A stretch of 64,000 nt of DNA. It comes from Basidiobolus meristosporus CBS 931.73 (lineage: Eukaryota > Fungi > Basidiobolomycota). Of the stretch, positions 37,188 through 50,135 are shown one piece after another; the first letter of the stretch is position 1; the number at the start of each line of letters is the position of its first letter. Below the pieces are notes generated by a model. The model saw only the letters and a list, made by a program, of their open reading frames with translations, searched no databases and was not told the origin of the DNA. The stretch spans positions 94,670 through 158,669 of the forward strand of contig MCFE01000131.1 of assembly GCA_002104905.1 (NCBI GenBank). The letters run 5' to 3'. The position numbers and the translations under genes were made by a program.

Positions 37188-38129
37188 TCAGAGCGACCTG
37201 GAATACGGCGACGGGTGCATGTAGGGGGTAAAGTTGGTGAACACGTTGGTGCGTGAGCTGGTATTCTTGTCCTTCGAGTGCCTGTGAATTCGAATGTGTT
37301 GGTTCAGGTTGTCCGAGCGTGAGAATCGCTTGGAGCAGGTTGGGTAAGGGCACTGGAAGGGTTTTTCCAGAGTGTGGATGGACCGAATGTGACGCTTCAG
37401 ATGCTCCGAACGCTTGAACACCTTCCCACACTCGTGGTAGTCGCAAATAAATGACTTGGCGCCCGAGGTGATGTCCGGCTTGCTAGAGGCCTTGCGTCCT
37501 CTGGAGCGTTTGGGTGTCTCGGGAACAGGGTTCGAGAGATTCACATCTGGCTCCAATGGATGGGATATGTATGCGGGTGCAGTCATGTGACACTGCATGG
37601 GCGACATCGTCGGGTGCTCGGCGAATTGCACATAATGCTCAGTGAATGGTGAGGCTCCCTCTTCGCCAGACACGACCTGACTAGGATTACAAACGCCAAC
37701 AACTCCAGTCTCGGAGCCTGAGATGAAGGGACTGCAGGCGGCAAGATTCTCAAGAACAAGGCCGTTATCGATGTTGAAGCTTCCCTCCTGCTCATGCGAC
37801 TCCAACAATTCGTATTGGGTTTCGGGACTGCAGCTGCTGTCGCTTGGCGATGGAAGGCCTTGGAGATGGGCGAAGTAGTCCGACTGGAAAGAATCGGCTA
37901 CTTGGCTGTGCAGGAAATCGTGGAAGCTGAACTTACCGGGTGTGTGTGGTGGAGGGGTGGCCAAGTGGAGTGGGTAACCCTGGCCATGGTAGTCGGAAAA
38001 ATCAACGGCCTTGTATGAAGGCACGCTTACGCCAGACAGGATCTCTGGGCTGTAGGAATAGTTTGCGTAACGCTCCAAATCAACATCGACATCCAAATGA
38101 ATCTGCTCTGGGGATACGGGAGTGGACAT
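37188..38129 (-). CDS. Msn2/Msn4-like C2H2 zinc-finger transcription factor, paralog 1 (313 aa unspliced)
   Basis: Two fingers, [56 protein letters not shown]. The [15 protein letters not shown] recognition helices are those of the Msn2/4 STRE-binding family. Confidence 0.92.
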   Translation of the reverse strand: MSTPVSPEQIHLDVDVDLERYANYSYSPEILSGVSVPSYKAVDFSDYHGQGYPLHLATPPPHTPGKFSFHDFLHSQVADSFQSDYFAHLQGLPSPSDSSCSPETQYELLESHEQEGSFNIDNGLVLENLAACSPFISGSETGVVGVCNPSQVVSGEEGASPFTEHYVQFAEHPTMSPMQCHMTAPAYISHPLEPDVNLSNPVPETPKRSRGRKASSKPDITSGAKSFICDYHECGKVFKRSEHLKRHIRSIHTLEKPFQCPYPTCSKRFSRSDNLNQHIRIHRHSKDKNTSSRTNVFTNFTPYMHPSPYSRSL

Positions 38130-41100
38130 GGTGATACTGGAATGGCTCGTGAATCCACTACACTCTTCAATTCAATGGCTCTGGAGAAAGAAGGGTTCAC
38201 GGTAAAGCTTGAAGAATAACAACAAGTGGAAAGGAACCCAAATGGGATGGCTGACTGATGGAGGTGATTTGCAGCACCCAAGTTTTATAAGAATCGCTGG
38301 ATGAATGGCACATAGCCATTCGATGGGCAACGCACCACTACTCTACCAAGTCGCAACTGAACCCTCTTGGCCTTACATTGTAATATCAGGGGTGCATTAA
38401 CGAAAACCTAATCCGTCTACACCAAAACCACCTCATTAATTCCCCCTGATTTGTGAGTGGGTTTATCGCTAGATTACTTGCCTTTAAAGAGCATTGGTGG
38501 AATTTCTGAAGTTAACCAGAATCCAGTTCTGGCTCCCTGGCTCACCTATAAACGTGAGCTCGCACCTGTGTCAAACATGGTTCTATTCTCTGGATATTAA
38601 ATAAATGACGTTCCAAATTTATTTACATTTCCTAGCGTGACCCGCATCAGTCGATATGCAATTAGCGGGAAACTGGATTGCCGCACATTCCCAGGTAATT
38701 GAAAGCGCTAATTGCCTTGGATTAAGTCTCATTAACACCAAAAAGAGTGGAGCCGCCGGCTGGATCGAAGTATAGGGGCTGGCTAATGGGTGACTTTGAA
38801 GCCAAATGAGGTTCCAATACAATATTTACGCTCTCACAACTCGCTCATTCCTGATGCCAACTGTATTCAGCTTGAGTGATCAAGGGCAAGTGGCTGCATG
38901 CCAATGATTCAGCCGAATCCATGTATGCACTAATCCACCACTGCGATGATCATGCAATGTGGTATGCATGATGCATCAGAGCCCAGCTGTTAGATCAGCC
39001 AAACCGTCGACAGGGCACCACAGGCCAATGGTCCCTAACGACAAAACCGGTGCAGTGCGCAAGACGCCTGGGAATGGCCTCCAATCTAACCGCAGAAGAG
39101 TGCATCCAGTGAATCCCTAGCATGCGTGCGATAGCAACTGTGGGCCACTTGGAAGATCACCTTCTGTCCAGACACACCTCTAGAACCAAGGTAGGTACAG
39201 GCCAGCGACCCAGCCGAAGCTGGTGAGAATTGGGTTTCACTGGTGTAGCGGAACAAGTCTTACATTCATCATTTATTATGGTTGCTCAAATGGTTATGGA
39301 TAGGCTGAGATTTCAAGGATCGTGTGGAAGGCTTAACGAGAAACCAGTTTGCCAGCGCTGTTGGACGTGAGGCCGTCCATTTGACACCGACTCATCCGCC
39401 TTTCTATTTGGGCCCATGTTGCGCATTAGCAACCTTGCATTTCACGCTATTTGGCAAGGATTCGACACCAGCATGATTTCGGGAATTATTCTGTCGAACC
39501 CAGTGACGTCATAGATCCTCTCGAGCTCAGGGAGGACTCAACCACCTGTGTGGGCCATGGTGGCCGCAGGTGAAAGGGCTGTAAACAACGCTTGGGCTCC
39601 AGCCGAATGAGAGGCAGCCTCTGGGATGGGTTTTGGGCACGTACGCAACCATGGGCGCGGATGGATATTCCTCATCGCGCTGCGCAAAAGGATCGACTCA
39701 AGACCAGATAGGCACCCGAGTAACAGTCACATACAAACAAATCAGAAATCATGTGTCGCCTGAAGCCAATCAGATTTGGCGGCACACAAGCCCATGATAA
39801 CTGTTGCTTGACAGAAAGATCAGGCCGCTCCCAACGCAGTTGGTTTGAGGTTGCTGGCGGGTACCAGGAATGATCCGAGCCTGATGATTACCCCAAAGCA
39901 AGATGCACATGAAGGCGGGAGCGCTGCATAGTACAGCTCGAAGCCGTTGTAGTCCGCTGTCTAAGGCTACCGATGGGCTGCATGGTCTCAAGCGGATGCC
40001 CTCGAATATCCCCAAATGAGACTCATCTTCGCTATTCATCTCAAGTTCACGCAGACTTCCGCCCAACGATACCACCACCAGCGCCTGGGGTTTGTGTCGG
40101 AGGCTGGGCTATCCGCCATCGAAACTGCCTGATTGCTCGGAAAGCAATTCAGGTGACCAGTCACGACACATTGGAGGGTGTATGATTTGGTAAGCAAAGG
40201 GAGGTACTGGACATCTCGATATCAGAAAATCCGTCCTAGCTAACTAACCATCAGGTTGTCGTCTGGGCAAGCGGCCCTCCATCCTGATAAGGCAGGTACA
40301 TCGAGTATAGATGATTTGGTAGCTGCATGTGGGAGGCATCTTATTAAATCAGGTGCATTGCATTGGATCTCTAGAGTCGATTTCTGCCTGACTCAGAAAC
40401 CAAAGGGATAGTACCATTCGATGACTGTCCCATCTCATTGCTACCAGCTGAGCAATACTCAAATAGCCTAATGAATGCCCTGCAGGCCACCCACTCTATG
40501 AGGACGGTCTCTGAGAATGATGCGCTATGGCAGGTTTGTGGAAGCCTTTAGCCAAGTCTAATTATCCGCTCATACGTAATTAATTGATGCAGTAGAAACC
40601 ACAATCAAACCAAATGGATCGTTGAATATCGCTAAGCTGTGTCTCTTGACACATCAGCCAGTTAATCCCACTCTACCATAGTCATGTGTAATTAACCTGG
40701 TCTCATTTGAATTCAGCGAATAGTCTGTCAGCAATTAATCGAGGAGCCATGCATGTCCTCAGTTGATTACGCGCATTTTGCATCCCGATTTCGCAACCGC
40801 CGCATATCCCATGAATGAGCAATGGTGCTTTACCTCCACCACTAGGAGCCACTCATTTAGCGCATGTACCGCTTCTGATCTACCTTCCGATGAATACTGC
40901 TCCCAGGTGTTTAACGTATGCATGCAATGGCTCGTCATAGGTGCAAGTGCGTGCTAAACAACCGCGTCCTCGCCGTTATCTAACTATCCTGGTCTTTGGT
41001 ACATCAAATAAGCAACCAAAAAGGAAACCCTGGTTTAAGAATCATTAGGGTGCCTTGATCATGCTATGCTGTGCAACGACGCAACCATAAAAATTATGTT

Positions 41101-42136
41101 GGTACCAACCAGCGGTGGCACAGTCGCACAACAGACGCTAAAGCTTACTTAACACACGGCAAAGACATTCCCTGAAGACCTCGGCCATTGGCTGTTCCCC
41201 GCTGCGTGCTCAACTTGCGTACATTCCCTGATTCCACTGTCTCTTCCAGATGGTAGTCTCAACCTGCCCGCTATTCTGGGAATAGCGTACTTGTGTGTAG
41301 AGCTATCCTCCAACCAAGCCAACATAAGAGACCCATGGGAAAATCCTCCTTGGTTGCAGCGGCTTGGCTGAAGCCCAACATCACCTCAAGTGGCCGGGGG
41401 ATGCACCACCCTTAGCACTAGGATAGAAAGACCGCTGGAATGCGAATCTGAAATACAGATGAGATACTCCGTGAAATTTAGATGAACCTTGAATATATGG
41501 GGGCATTGGGTGATTAGGCTTCTTGGCAATCGTGATTAATCAAAATGGAATGAACCCCATGTATCTAAGCCACTTGTAAAAGGAAAATGATTAAGGATAA
41601 AGACCGCTATAATACTTCAGAATTATTCGATCTTTCATACTGCCCCGAAACAGCTCCGTTGTGACATAGCCCGCCGTCTGGAAACACCATCCTCCATCAG
41701 CGGCAGTGGCCAACCCGACTCGCATATAAAACCGGTGGTTCATCGACTCGACCATGTAATATGTATTAATTCCCCAGAAATACCCATCGTTGGATAGCAA
41801 TGCTGAATGGAGCAGCGTGCTGACAATGACAATGGGGTGGGCCTGCGCCTAAAAATCCGACCCTATGGATAGACTGATGATTCGAATGAGACGATCGAAT
41901 CTAGAAATATTCAAATAGCCCCAAACATTGTCAACGCATCTAGTATGGCGCGTGGATCTGACGAGAAATTTTCTAGCTTAACCCAACCCAATCTGTCCTC
42001 CCCAGAAATCTCGTAAAATTCTTCATGATTGAAGGCACGTAAATTTCTTCAGCGAAGCAAAAGGGTTACGGGGTTGCTAGAACTAATCTTTGGTCTTTTT
42101 GTGATACTATAGCCCTTATCGCTGAACACATTAAAC

Positions 42137-42546
42137 ATGGCACCTGTCTCCCCTCTTGTTAACGTAAGTGTATCTCTTTCCCTAGGGTGGTCACAACCGC
42201 TTCAACACTGGCTGACTCTTGACGCCTAGGTTTCCCGCTATGCTGCCCTGGCTCTAGGTGTGACCTACGGTTTCTTTCACCGCAGAAGCTTAGAGAAATC
42301 CGAGGGACAAAAGAGAATCGAAAGAACATACCAGCACAAGGAACAACTCATCGAGGAGGCTAAGGCCGCTTATGCCAAGAAGAAGTTGGCTGAAACCTCT
42401 GCTCCCTCTGGTGGTGGTAAGCGAAGCTTTTCATATAAAACGATAAGAAGTGTTGCTCATCTTTGCATACAGTCATCAGTGATCCTGACCATCCCGACTT
42501 CGACCTTGATAAGGTTATCGAACAGTTCGAAAAGAGCGAGCAATAG
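42137..42546 (+). CDS. TIM11: Mitochondrial ATP synthase subunit e, 3 exons
   Basis: Exons 42137-42163, 42230-42416 and 42473-42546 give MAPVSPLVNVSRYAALALGVTYGFFHRRSL...KEQLIEEAKAAYAKKK...DPDHPDFDLDKVI, the fungal subunit e pattern (GxxxG-type helix, coiled coil, DF/DL tail). Confidence 0.9.
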
Positions 42547-43005
42547 TTCTCACTGTCTAAGGCGCTCTTTTTCTATCTCTCATATCTTCATACGGCAATC
42601 TCATCTCTCCACAACATTCCTACCTTTCGTGTTAGAGAAATGTTCGGGCAAAATGCATATTTACGCTCGCCTTTCCCATCTCAATAAACAGGTAAACGCG
42701 AACCGCTGGTCACTTGCACTTAGCCCTGTATATGCCATACACGAATGGCAATTTAGGGACATTCTGGGCACCCCTTGGCCTTTTTCTACACAGTCTCGGG
42801 CACAGAAACCCCACAAACCTTATATTTATGGCATATGGTCGGGTGCCTAGCTGTAAATCATTTTCAACGTTTGATTTCGCATGAGGGTGATGGCTCAATG
42901 GACCGTTTCGATTTCTTTGCGTAAATTCGACTATACAAGTTTATTTCAATAGCTATTTTATCCTAGATAGACCTACAAGTACACAGTTCACAAGCCTCAG
43001 AAATA

Positions 43006-44050
43006 TCAAGGGATGGTGTCGAAATCTTCGGGTATCTGAAACTGTTTATCGAACTCGGATCGCTCAATGTTGAACTTGTTGCAGCAGTAGGATTGAAGGA
43101 TAAATATGTTTTCTGTGATCCATCATGTAAGTAGCGAGTTCTGTATCATGTCAACATGCATTCTTACCAGTCCATCGATTGGCAGCTTCTTTAGCTACAT
43201 CAGCTGCTTTGGCTGGGTAGGGCATATGGGTTAGCATAGCTTTCGCATTGTACTGATCACGATCGAATAAATACCTTTGGTCTCTAGTAACGCAGGGTCG
43301 CAGTCTCTGAATTTCTGAAGCTCCTTCAGATTGCTTTCTTTAAGAGACTCAGCCTCGGCCAACTTGGCAAGCTTTTCACCTCGATCATCCTGAACCAGTT
43401 AATTCATGAGAATGTGTTTGTTGGGTGTGACGGATGCAATCTACCCACAGAATTCTCTCTTCCAGCCGAAGCTTCTTCAATGCCTTTTTGTAACTCTTCG
43501 TGCTTTTTCGTTAAGCTTTGCAATTCATCAGTAAGATCATCAATTTTTCGTTTTCTCTAGCGTTTTTGGATAGTTGTCAGCAGGCTTCTACCATACAGAA
43601 CGAAACATTGTAGGAGAACAGGTTGCTTACACTTTGGAGGGCGGTACTAGGAAACGACCAAAAATAATTCGAGGTCCCAATCTTCTCTGCGGTAACTAGA
43701 TTATCATCCACTAAGCTTTGAAGAACATCCTTGACCGATTGCATCACTGTTGTTTATATATACATTTAGCACATGACTCTGGAAGTGGGCGTTCCACAAC
43801 CAACCTATTCCTTTAGTCTTTGGAGCGATCTTCTCAAGCTCTTTAAGCTGAAAGAATTCTTTCTAAGAAGATATGAACACAGCACTCCTCTTCTGGTTAA
43901 AGGAAGATTGAAATGTACCGTTTCATGAAAGATCGCCTCCATACGCTTTCGCTTTTCCTCCAAAGAAAGGCCTTTTCTTGACTAAGATAAGAGGTTAGTC
44001 TGATTTTGCCAAGTGTTTTTGCCTATAAGCTAACCAAAATCGCCAACCAT
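43006..44050 (-). CDS. MND1: Meiotic nuclear division protein Mnd1, multi-exon
   Basis: The spliced minus strand reads M|[18 protein letters not shown]|[51 protein letters not shown]...AANRWT|[13 protein letters not shown], the canonical Mnd1 sequence. Exon 1 is the ATG alone (intron 44047-43982). Confidence 0.95.
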
Positions 44051-44305
44051 GGATATTTTAGAATCTTTGCGATGTCTTGTCTAGAGGTAGCTTTTGTGTA
44101 AAGAGCCATAAGGTCTTGTGGTTATAATCTTTCGTTGAATGTTGATTCTATGCGGTTTGATTGATCAGTACCGCAATATACCAATTTAGTCACGCAATGA
44201 TGGAATCATAGGTATATTTAAATTATTACCTTAGCATAGAATGTAATCCATTCGCTGCACAGCCGTTGCCTTCCTGAAACCCCGACCTCACTTAATTAAG
44301 CGTAA

Positions 44306-44928
44306 ATGTCTTCGTTGTTTGTCTATGGGACACTTATGTCTCCGGAGGTTATTTCCAGAGTCATTGCTACTCTGCAGTGCTCCACTGGCCTTAGTAGACT
44401 GACGTTCAGGCCAGCGTCATTAAAGGTAAGTTAAGAAATATCACCCGTAGTTCTTCTCTGAAGAATTCATAGCAGTCATACTTTGTCAGGGATACAAACG
44501 GCGCCAGGTACTTGGTGCACAGTATCCAGCAATTGTTCAGAGCAAGCTTGATTCAGTTGAGGGGATTGTTGTGTCTGGTTTGTCTCAAGAAGATATCGCT
44601 TTATTAGATTTGTACGAAGGAGAGGTAAACTTTAATAATAAGAGTAGAAGTTTCCCTGAGTTATCCGAATAATGTTTGTTTCTGGTAGCAATACCGACGT
44701 GTATCAGTTCAAGTGGAGACTGCTGTAAAATATGGCTCGGAGCTGCTAGGAACTCCCGATGTGCCCTCGGAGCACCTGGCAGTGGAAACGTACGTTTGGG
44801 CACATGGTCTCCAAGGACTCTCACATTTGGACTGGAATTTCCAAGATTTTGTAAATGAGTCCTTGAAGAAATGGTTGACAAACGAAGAGGAATTCAGACA
44901 AGTAGACGTTTATCACACTGAGAAGTAG
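44306..44928 (+). CDS. AIG2-like / gamma-glutamylcyclotransferase-fold protein (164 aa), 3 exons
   Basis: Exons 44306-44425, 44490-44624 and 44689-44928 (phase-0 introns of 64 and 64 nt) give LFVYGTLMSPEV...GYKRRQVLGAQYPAI...VEGIVVSGLSQEDIALLDLYEGEQYRR...ETYVW...WNFQDF, matching AIG2/GGACT motifs (FVYGTL, YPAI, LD.YEG). Confidence 0.88.
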
Positions 44929-47900
44929 GAGCACAGTATTCATGAGTCTTGCCCTTACATCTCTTCACTTTTCGCAAAGATTCCATGGCCACCGACTTTG
45001 CCTATAACACAGTCTGGGGAGCTAGACCCTCACTATTATGATGCCCAAATAATATAGATATGGCTACACGATATTGGAATTGGGGAAGCTGCTGATATTT
45101 ATTAATAAATGCTAGTGACTCTTATGGCCTGCGATTTCGTAATCTAGCGATCATAGAGTTAATGGAGTGAACGAATGTGGCTTGAAGGTTGTGCAGAAGT
45201 GTCCCCCATATTACAGCCCCGCTTTGCCAGCCCAGGCCGAAATCCCAACTTAATCCCATGGAAACAGTCGAGTATCGGTAGAGCATTTTTGTATCCAAGG
45301 TTAATCAAACAGCTTCTGGCAGAGGATGCTAGTTGATTGGCAAACGTCCACATCCCATTACTAGTTTTAAAGTGCATCGACGAGTTACCATCATTATTGC
45401 ACACCAAGAACTAGGCCTTTGCAACAGGTTTGATAACGTGAATTTGTATCTAATATTGCTTAATTTAGTGACCCCGTCTTAATGGTTTCCCAGCAATCAA
45501 CCGCAACCTGAACAGTACCGTGGCATAGGCTTGATTGCATGGACCAGTAGTTCATATCAGCTGGCGGATTTCAAAGACTACTCTATATTGACTCAACTGG
45601 GACTCTACAGCAGAAACAAATCGTAGAGATCCAGTCGTCGATGGCTCCTATCATACCACCCCGTTTCATGGTAATGCGCCCATTTGAAACAATGCATTGG
45701 CAGCAGGGAACTTCAGGCCATAAGCTCCTGCAAGGCATTCAAACTGATGCCCTGGCGAACAATGCCCCATCTGGGACACAGGAATGCCCCCGGGTGATGT
45801 GCTAGATCGTTTCCATGTCTGACCCAAGTGAATGAGATGAGGCGCCTCATGACCACACATTGGTGCACTATTGTTAATCTGACTGTTTTCCAGTCGGGCA
45901 TATAGCAGCAGGAGCCATTTGACCAGGTGCGAGGCGTGCAGTAGCTCGAGATTACTGAGCGTAAGCGCAAAGGTGTGGGAGGTAGAAGGCTCTGGGCCAC
46001 CACTCGTGCGGACATAGGTTGATGCATATAGTGATGGGACAAAGACTGCGGAGAGGTAGTTGCTGAGGCCGAGTGTGCCGGAACAGTCGCTGGAAGCTAC
46101 GTCACAGCGTATCATGTGGTGCGTTGCATCAGGTTTCTCCAGAGATGTTCGCACTTGAGCTTTGTGTCTGCTCTTATGGCCAAGAAGCTCAAGCCCAGCA
46201 TTGTCTGTACAGGAATCCTATCATCAAACTGGCTAGTTTCTGATGGCTTATGAATCGATCCATTTATTACACAGCCTTTGAATGAACAGCGTTGCTTTGT
46301 CCAAGATCTGAAACCACAGGCCTTATATGGATAACCTGACATAGCTAGTCTCAGGTCTTTGAAAGCTCATCCGGGTCGGGTTGTTGTGCTCGAAACCATG
46401 CAGCAAGTAATTGCCAAAGTGGGTGGAAAATCAAGATGTACCGCGACTGCTTATTGTTGTCTCATTCTGCATGAGCGTGTTTTCGAAATTTGTCATTCAG
46501 ACTCGGATGGCACCCAAACGCATAATAATGTACCACCAATGTCTGGATATTCCTACGCAGTGCGGGGATGCCAGTTGGGACATTTAGGGACAGAAACAAT
46601 CCCGAGTAACCGTCTCCGTGCAAGCCGCGTTCAATACGGCAACAATGTAGTACTCGCCGACTCAAGGCACTGGTTACATGCATCATAGCGTCTGCCAAGA
46701 AACCCAAAGGGTTCGTGAGGTCATGCTTGCTAGACAGTAACATACACCTCTAAATTCGATGTATTGTTTCGAACCTCTAGTCCCGACCCTACCAGTGATA
46801 CAGTGGGGGCATCACCGGCCGAGCTCTGAAAAGGGCCTAATATTCTGAAGCAGATTGTAGGAATTCGATGAAGCGAGGCAGGGTCGTTAGCCCTAGAGTG
46901 GGTTGAATGGACTACCACTTCCGGTTGTTGAAAGATACCGGTTTGGTGTTGATTCACATACAGATGGGGTCCACTCAACTGGATTGGTTCTTGCAGATTG
47001 GGATCTTTCGAGAACATTGAAGTGCTGCTTCCCTGCCTTCGTGACTGTGTTTTGACCGAAGTGCTTGGATACGGCTCGTTTCATTTGGGTGGAAATTAAT
47101 GTGAGAAATCACATGTGAAGGTAGCGTGCTAGCATTATCATGGATTTGGAGGTCACAGCGATTGATCACGCAGCCAGTAGTTGGAATCAATATTGCCAAA
47201 AGGAAATCTTCACCATGACTGAGGTGGCATTCATCTCCACGAACCCATTTGCCTCCAATCGAACGCCATGGTAGAGGAAGCATTCCCCTAATACGACAGA
47301 CAAAGGGAATTTGAGCGTCAGTAACGATACCTGAACGGCTATGGGAAAATCCGTGGTGGTAAACCACAATGACGAAAAGGTGAGCCATTCCTGATTCTAA
47401 ATCAATCATGTGCCTTCGACTGGAGACACTTTCTGCTAATCGGAGCCGATCAAGAAGTCACGCAGATACCAGTCAACATGCCGTACAATTGCATTTCCCA
47501 GCCACACCCATGTTTGATATTTGCAATTTCAATGTCTCGATGGCAAAGATGGTCACCGTCATTCTTGAGCAAGGCTGTGTGGATCATGATGTTACACAGG
47601 CAGCCTCATGAGGAATAGTAGGCTACACAGCACTGGCTGCATTCTTCGTGGTGAGCTGCGATGGCTCATGGAGAGAGGGATTTGCCAATTAGAGTGAACC
47701 CTCAAGGTGGCCGATTGCTGAGGACGAACGGATGCAGGGGAAGGTGTCATCGACCCTACCAGCCCTTGGGTAAGATGCAAGCGAACAAGATTCGCAAGGC
47801 GATAGGCGTTGTAAATTTTGCTATGCTACAAAGTGGCAGTGATGCAATGGAGCTGTATTCATCAGAGAATGCAGGTAATACGGCTCACTTGCAGTCCACC

Positions 47901-49129
47901 TGAGGCCCACTCTAAAGCCCAACTAGGCAAACACTATTCGGTTTGTCGGATCGATCCTGTTCATTCGCGGATTGCAATGGCTGCAGCATACTTCATAATT
48001 TCCAGGCACAGAGCCGTCATTCATAATTGATGTTCGTTGCATTTTGCGCATCAGTCTGGTTTTTGGAGGATGAGACAAATCAGCCAGTCTTGAAGTGGTG
48101 TGGCTGAATAGACTGGTACTGGCTACGCGGTGTGTGTTGTGATCTCAAGACCGGATCCGATGCTGACAAAACATCGCCCATCCTAAGGTGAGCTTTTCCA
48201 CGGCTGAAGCGTCCCTCTATCACCAACCCTCAAGTCGTAGCGAATCCACGATTGCATCAAACCGTCCACCATACCTACATGATCCCTCACAGAGGCACAA
48301 CCAAAGTGAATTTTCACCCTGCATCTAGGCATTTTGTGTTGAACAACCGGATTGGTTGTGACTCAAAATTCCATTATCCTTTAATGGGAATCAAGCATGA
48401 CTGCTTAGGCCAATAAATCGTACACTTGAACAATGCTCCCTAGGCGTCTACGAAAATCCATTAGCCGGGACACACAGTCAACACTGAATCGAGCCATCAC
48501 ATGCTGCCACCAATTCTGGCAAGCCTAAATGCTGATGTCGATTCTGAGGCTTGGTATCGGGAATCTGCTAACGTGACTACATTTTGGGCATAGTGCGAAG
48601 TGATCCCTCGAGGTATTTTAGGATCAACATAGTCCTGCTGCCTACAAATGCCCCAAACAGCTAGTTATTTACCGACCCGCTGATTGATAACCGTCGTGGA
48701 TACAATCCAATCCATTGAAATATACAGAAAAAGATTATCCACCTAGTTCTGTCACAGCTATTTTCTATAAAACATGATTCATTGAGAGACAGGCTAAATT
48801 GAGCCTTTAATTCGTGATAGCCTAACTGCACCCCTGTTATTGAAAAGTGAACCTGACGCAGATATGAGCTTGCTAGCAGCTACCAAACCTGACCGGTGAA
48901 GCAACCACCCAAAGCTCCCACCACATATTTATACCTATATATATCGTGACCTCTGCCACCTTTTCAAAAGCTGATTCAGTTCATTCAACTCGAGCTCCTT
49001 GACCTTCTACGAGTTGAGGCTATCTGCTTATCTTTCTTGCAGTAAAATACCATAGCCGCCCTTCGCAAATCACTCGTATAGAACAAAAATAGTCCTTTTT
49101 TTGTTTACGCACTCCAAATCTCCCACATT

Positions 49130-50135
49130 ATGTCAACTCCCGTACCTCCCCATCAAATACAGCAAGACTTGAACGTAGAAGTAGACAAGTACAGCTTTTC
49201 GTACGCCCCCGAATTACTTTCCAGCGTTAGTACACAGCTGACCGAACGATTAAGTATAGGCTGCATACTAATCTGTCTTTGTTTTTCCCTTTTTGCATAG
49301 ACCCCGACTAAATTCAACCTCCACGAGTTTCTTCACGGAGCTCCCGGGGAGTTTGTATCCGAGTTTCAGGCCGAATACTATCCGCCGTTTCAAGCGTTGC
49401 CTTCGCCTTGTGACAGCAGTTACAGCCAAGAGACGGACTATGCACTCCTGGAGTTGGCTCACGAACGAGAATCAAAATTGAAGATAGAAGAGGACTTGTT
49501 CGAAAACTTTGCAAATTGTGCACCCTACATGAATCTGCTCAAGTCGGTCCAAGAGCAAGACCGAATGGGCGGAGTCTGTAACCCGGTGCAACTGGCTAAC
49601 CCAGAGACCGACTCGCCGCTCTCTGAACAGTACATATCGCTTTCTGAGGCGCAAACGATGTCCCCCATGCAATGCCACATCAACTTGTCTAACGCTGCGC
49701 CTTTTCAGACGACTGATCAAGTGTTATTGATGCCTTCTGAGAATGCTGCGACGCCACCCAAACGGTCACGTGGTCGTAGGGCATCCAGTAAACCAGACAT
49801 AGCTTCCGGGGTGAAGTCGTTCATATGCGAGTACAGTGACTGCGGCAAAGTGTTCAAAAGGTCCGAGCATCTAAAACGGCACATCAGGTCTATCCACACA
49901 ATGGAGAAACGTAAGTACTTCCGAGAGAAACATTATTCGAGGTGCTGTGAACTCATGGTCTTTTGCAACAGCCTTTCAATGCCCTTTTCCCACTTGCTCC
50001 AAGCGGTTTTCCAGGTCGGATAATCTAAACCAGCATATACGTATTCATCGCCATTCCAAGGACAAAGGGTCGCCGCGCGGCTTTGGTGACTGTACACCGT
50101 TCATGCCATCGCCATACAATAGTGGCCAGCTCTAG
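49130..50135 (+). CDS. Msn2/Msn4-like C2H2 zinc-finger transcription factor, paralog 2, 3 exons
   Basis: Exons 49130-49225, 49301-49910 and 49972-50135. Collinear with paralog 1 ([45 protein letters not shown], and near-identical fingers). Confidence 0.92.

Noticed and set aside
41591-41850. Minus-strand open frame containing DGYFWGIN...DGGWCFQ
   Set aside because: Protein-like, but lacks an ATG start and clear splice sites, and I recognise no family.
45666-48030. Scattered ORFs in the long region upstream of Msn2-like paralog 2
   Set aside because: No recognisable domain, and stops in all frames. Treated as intergenic or regulatory DNA, or an unidentifiable relic.
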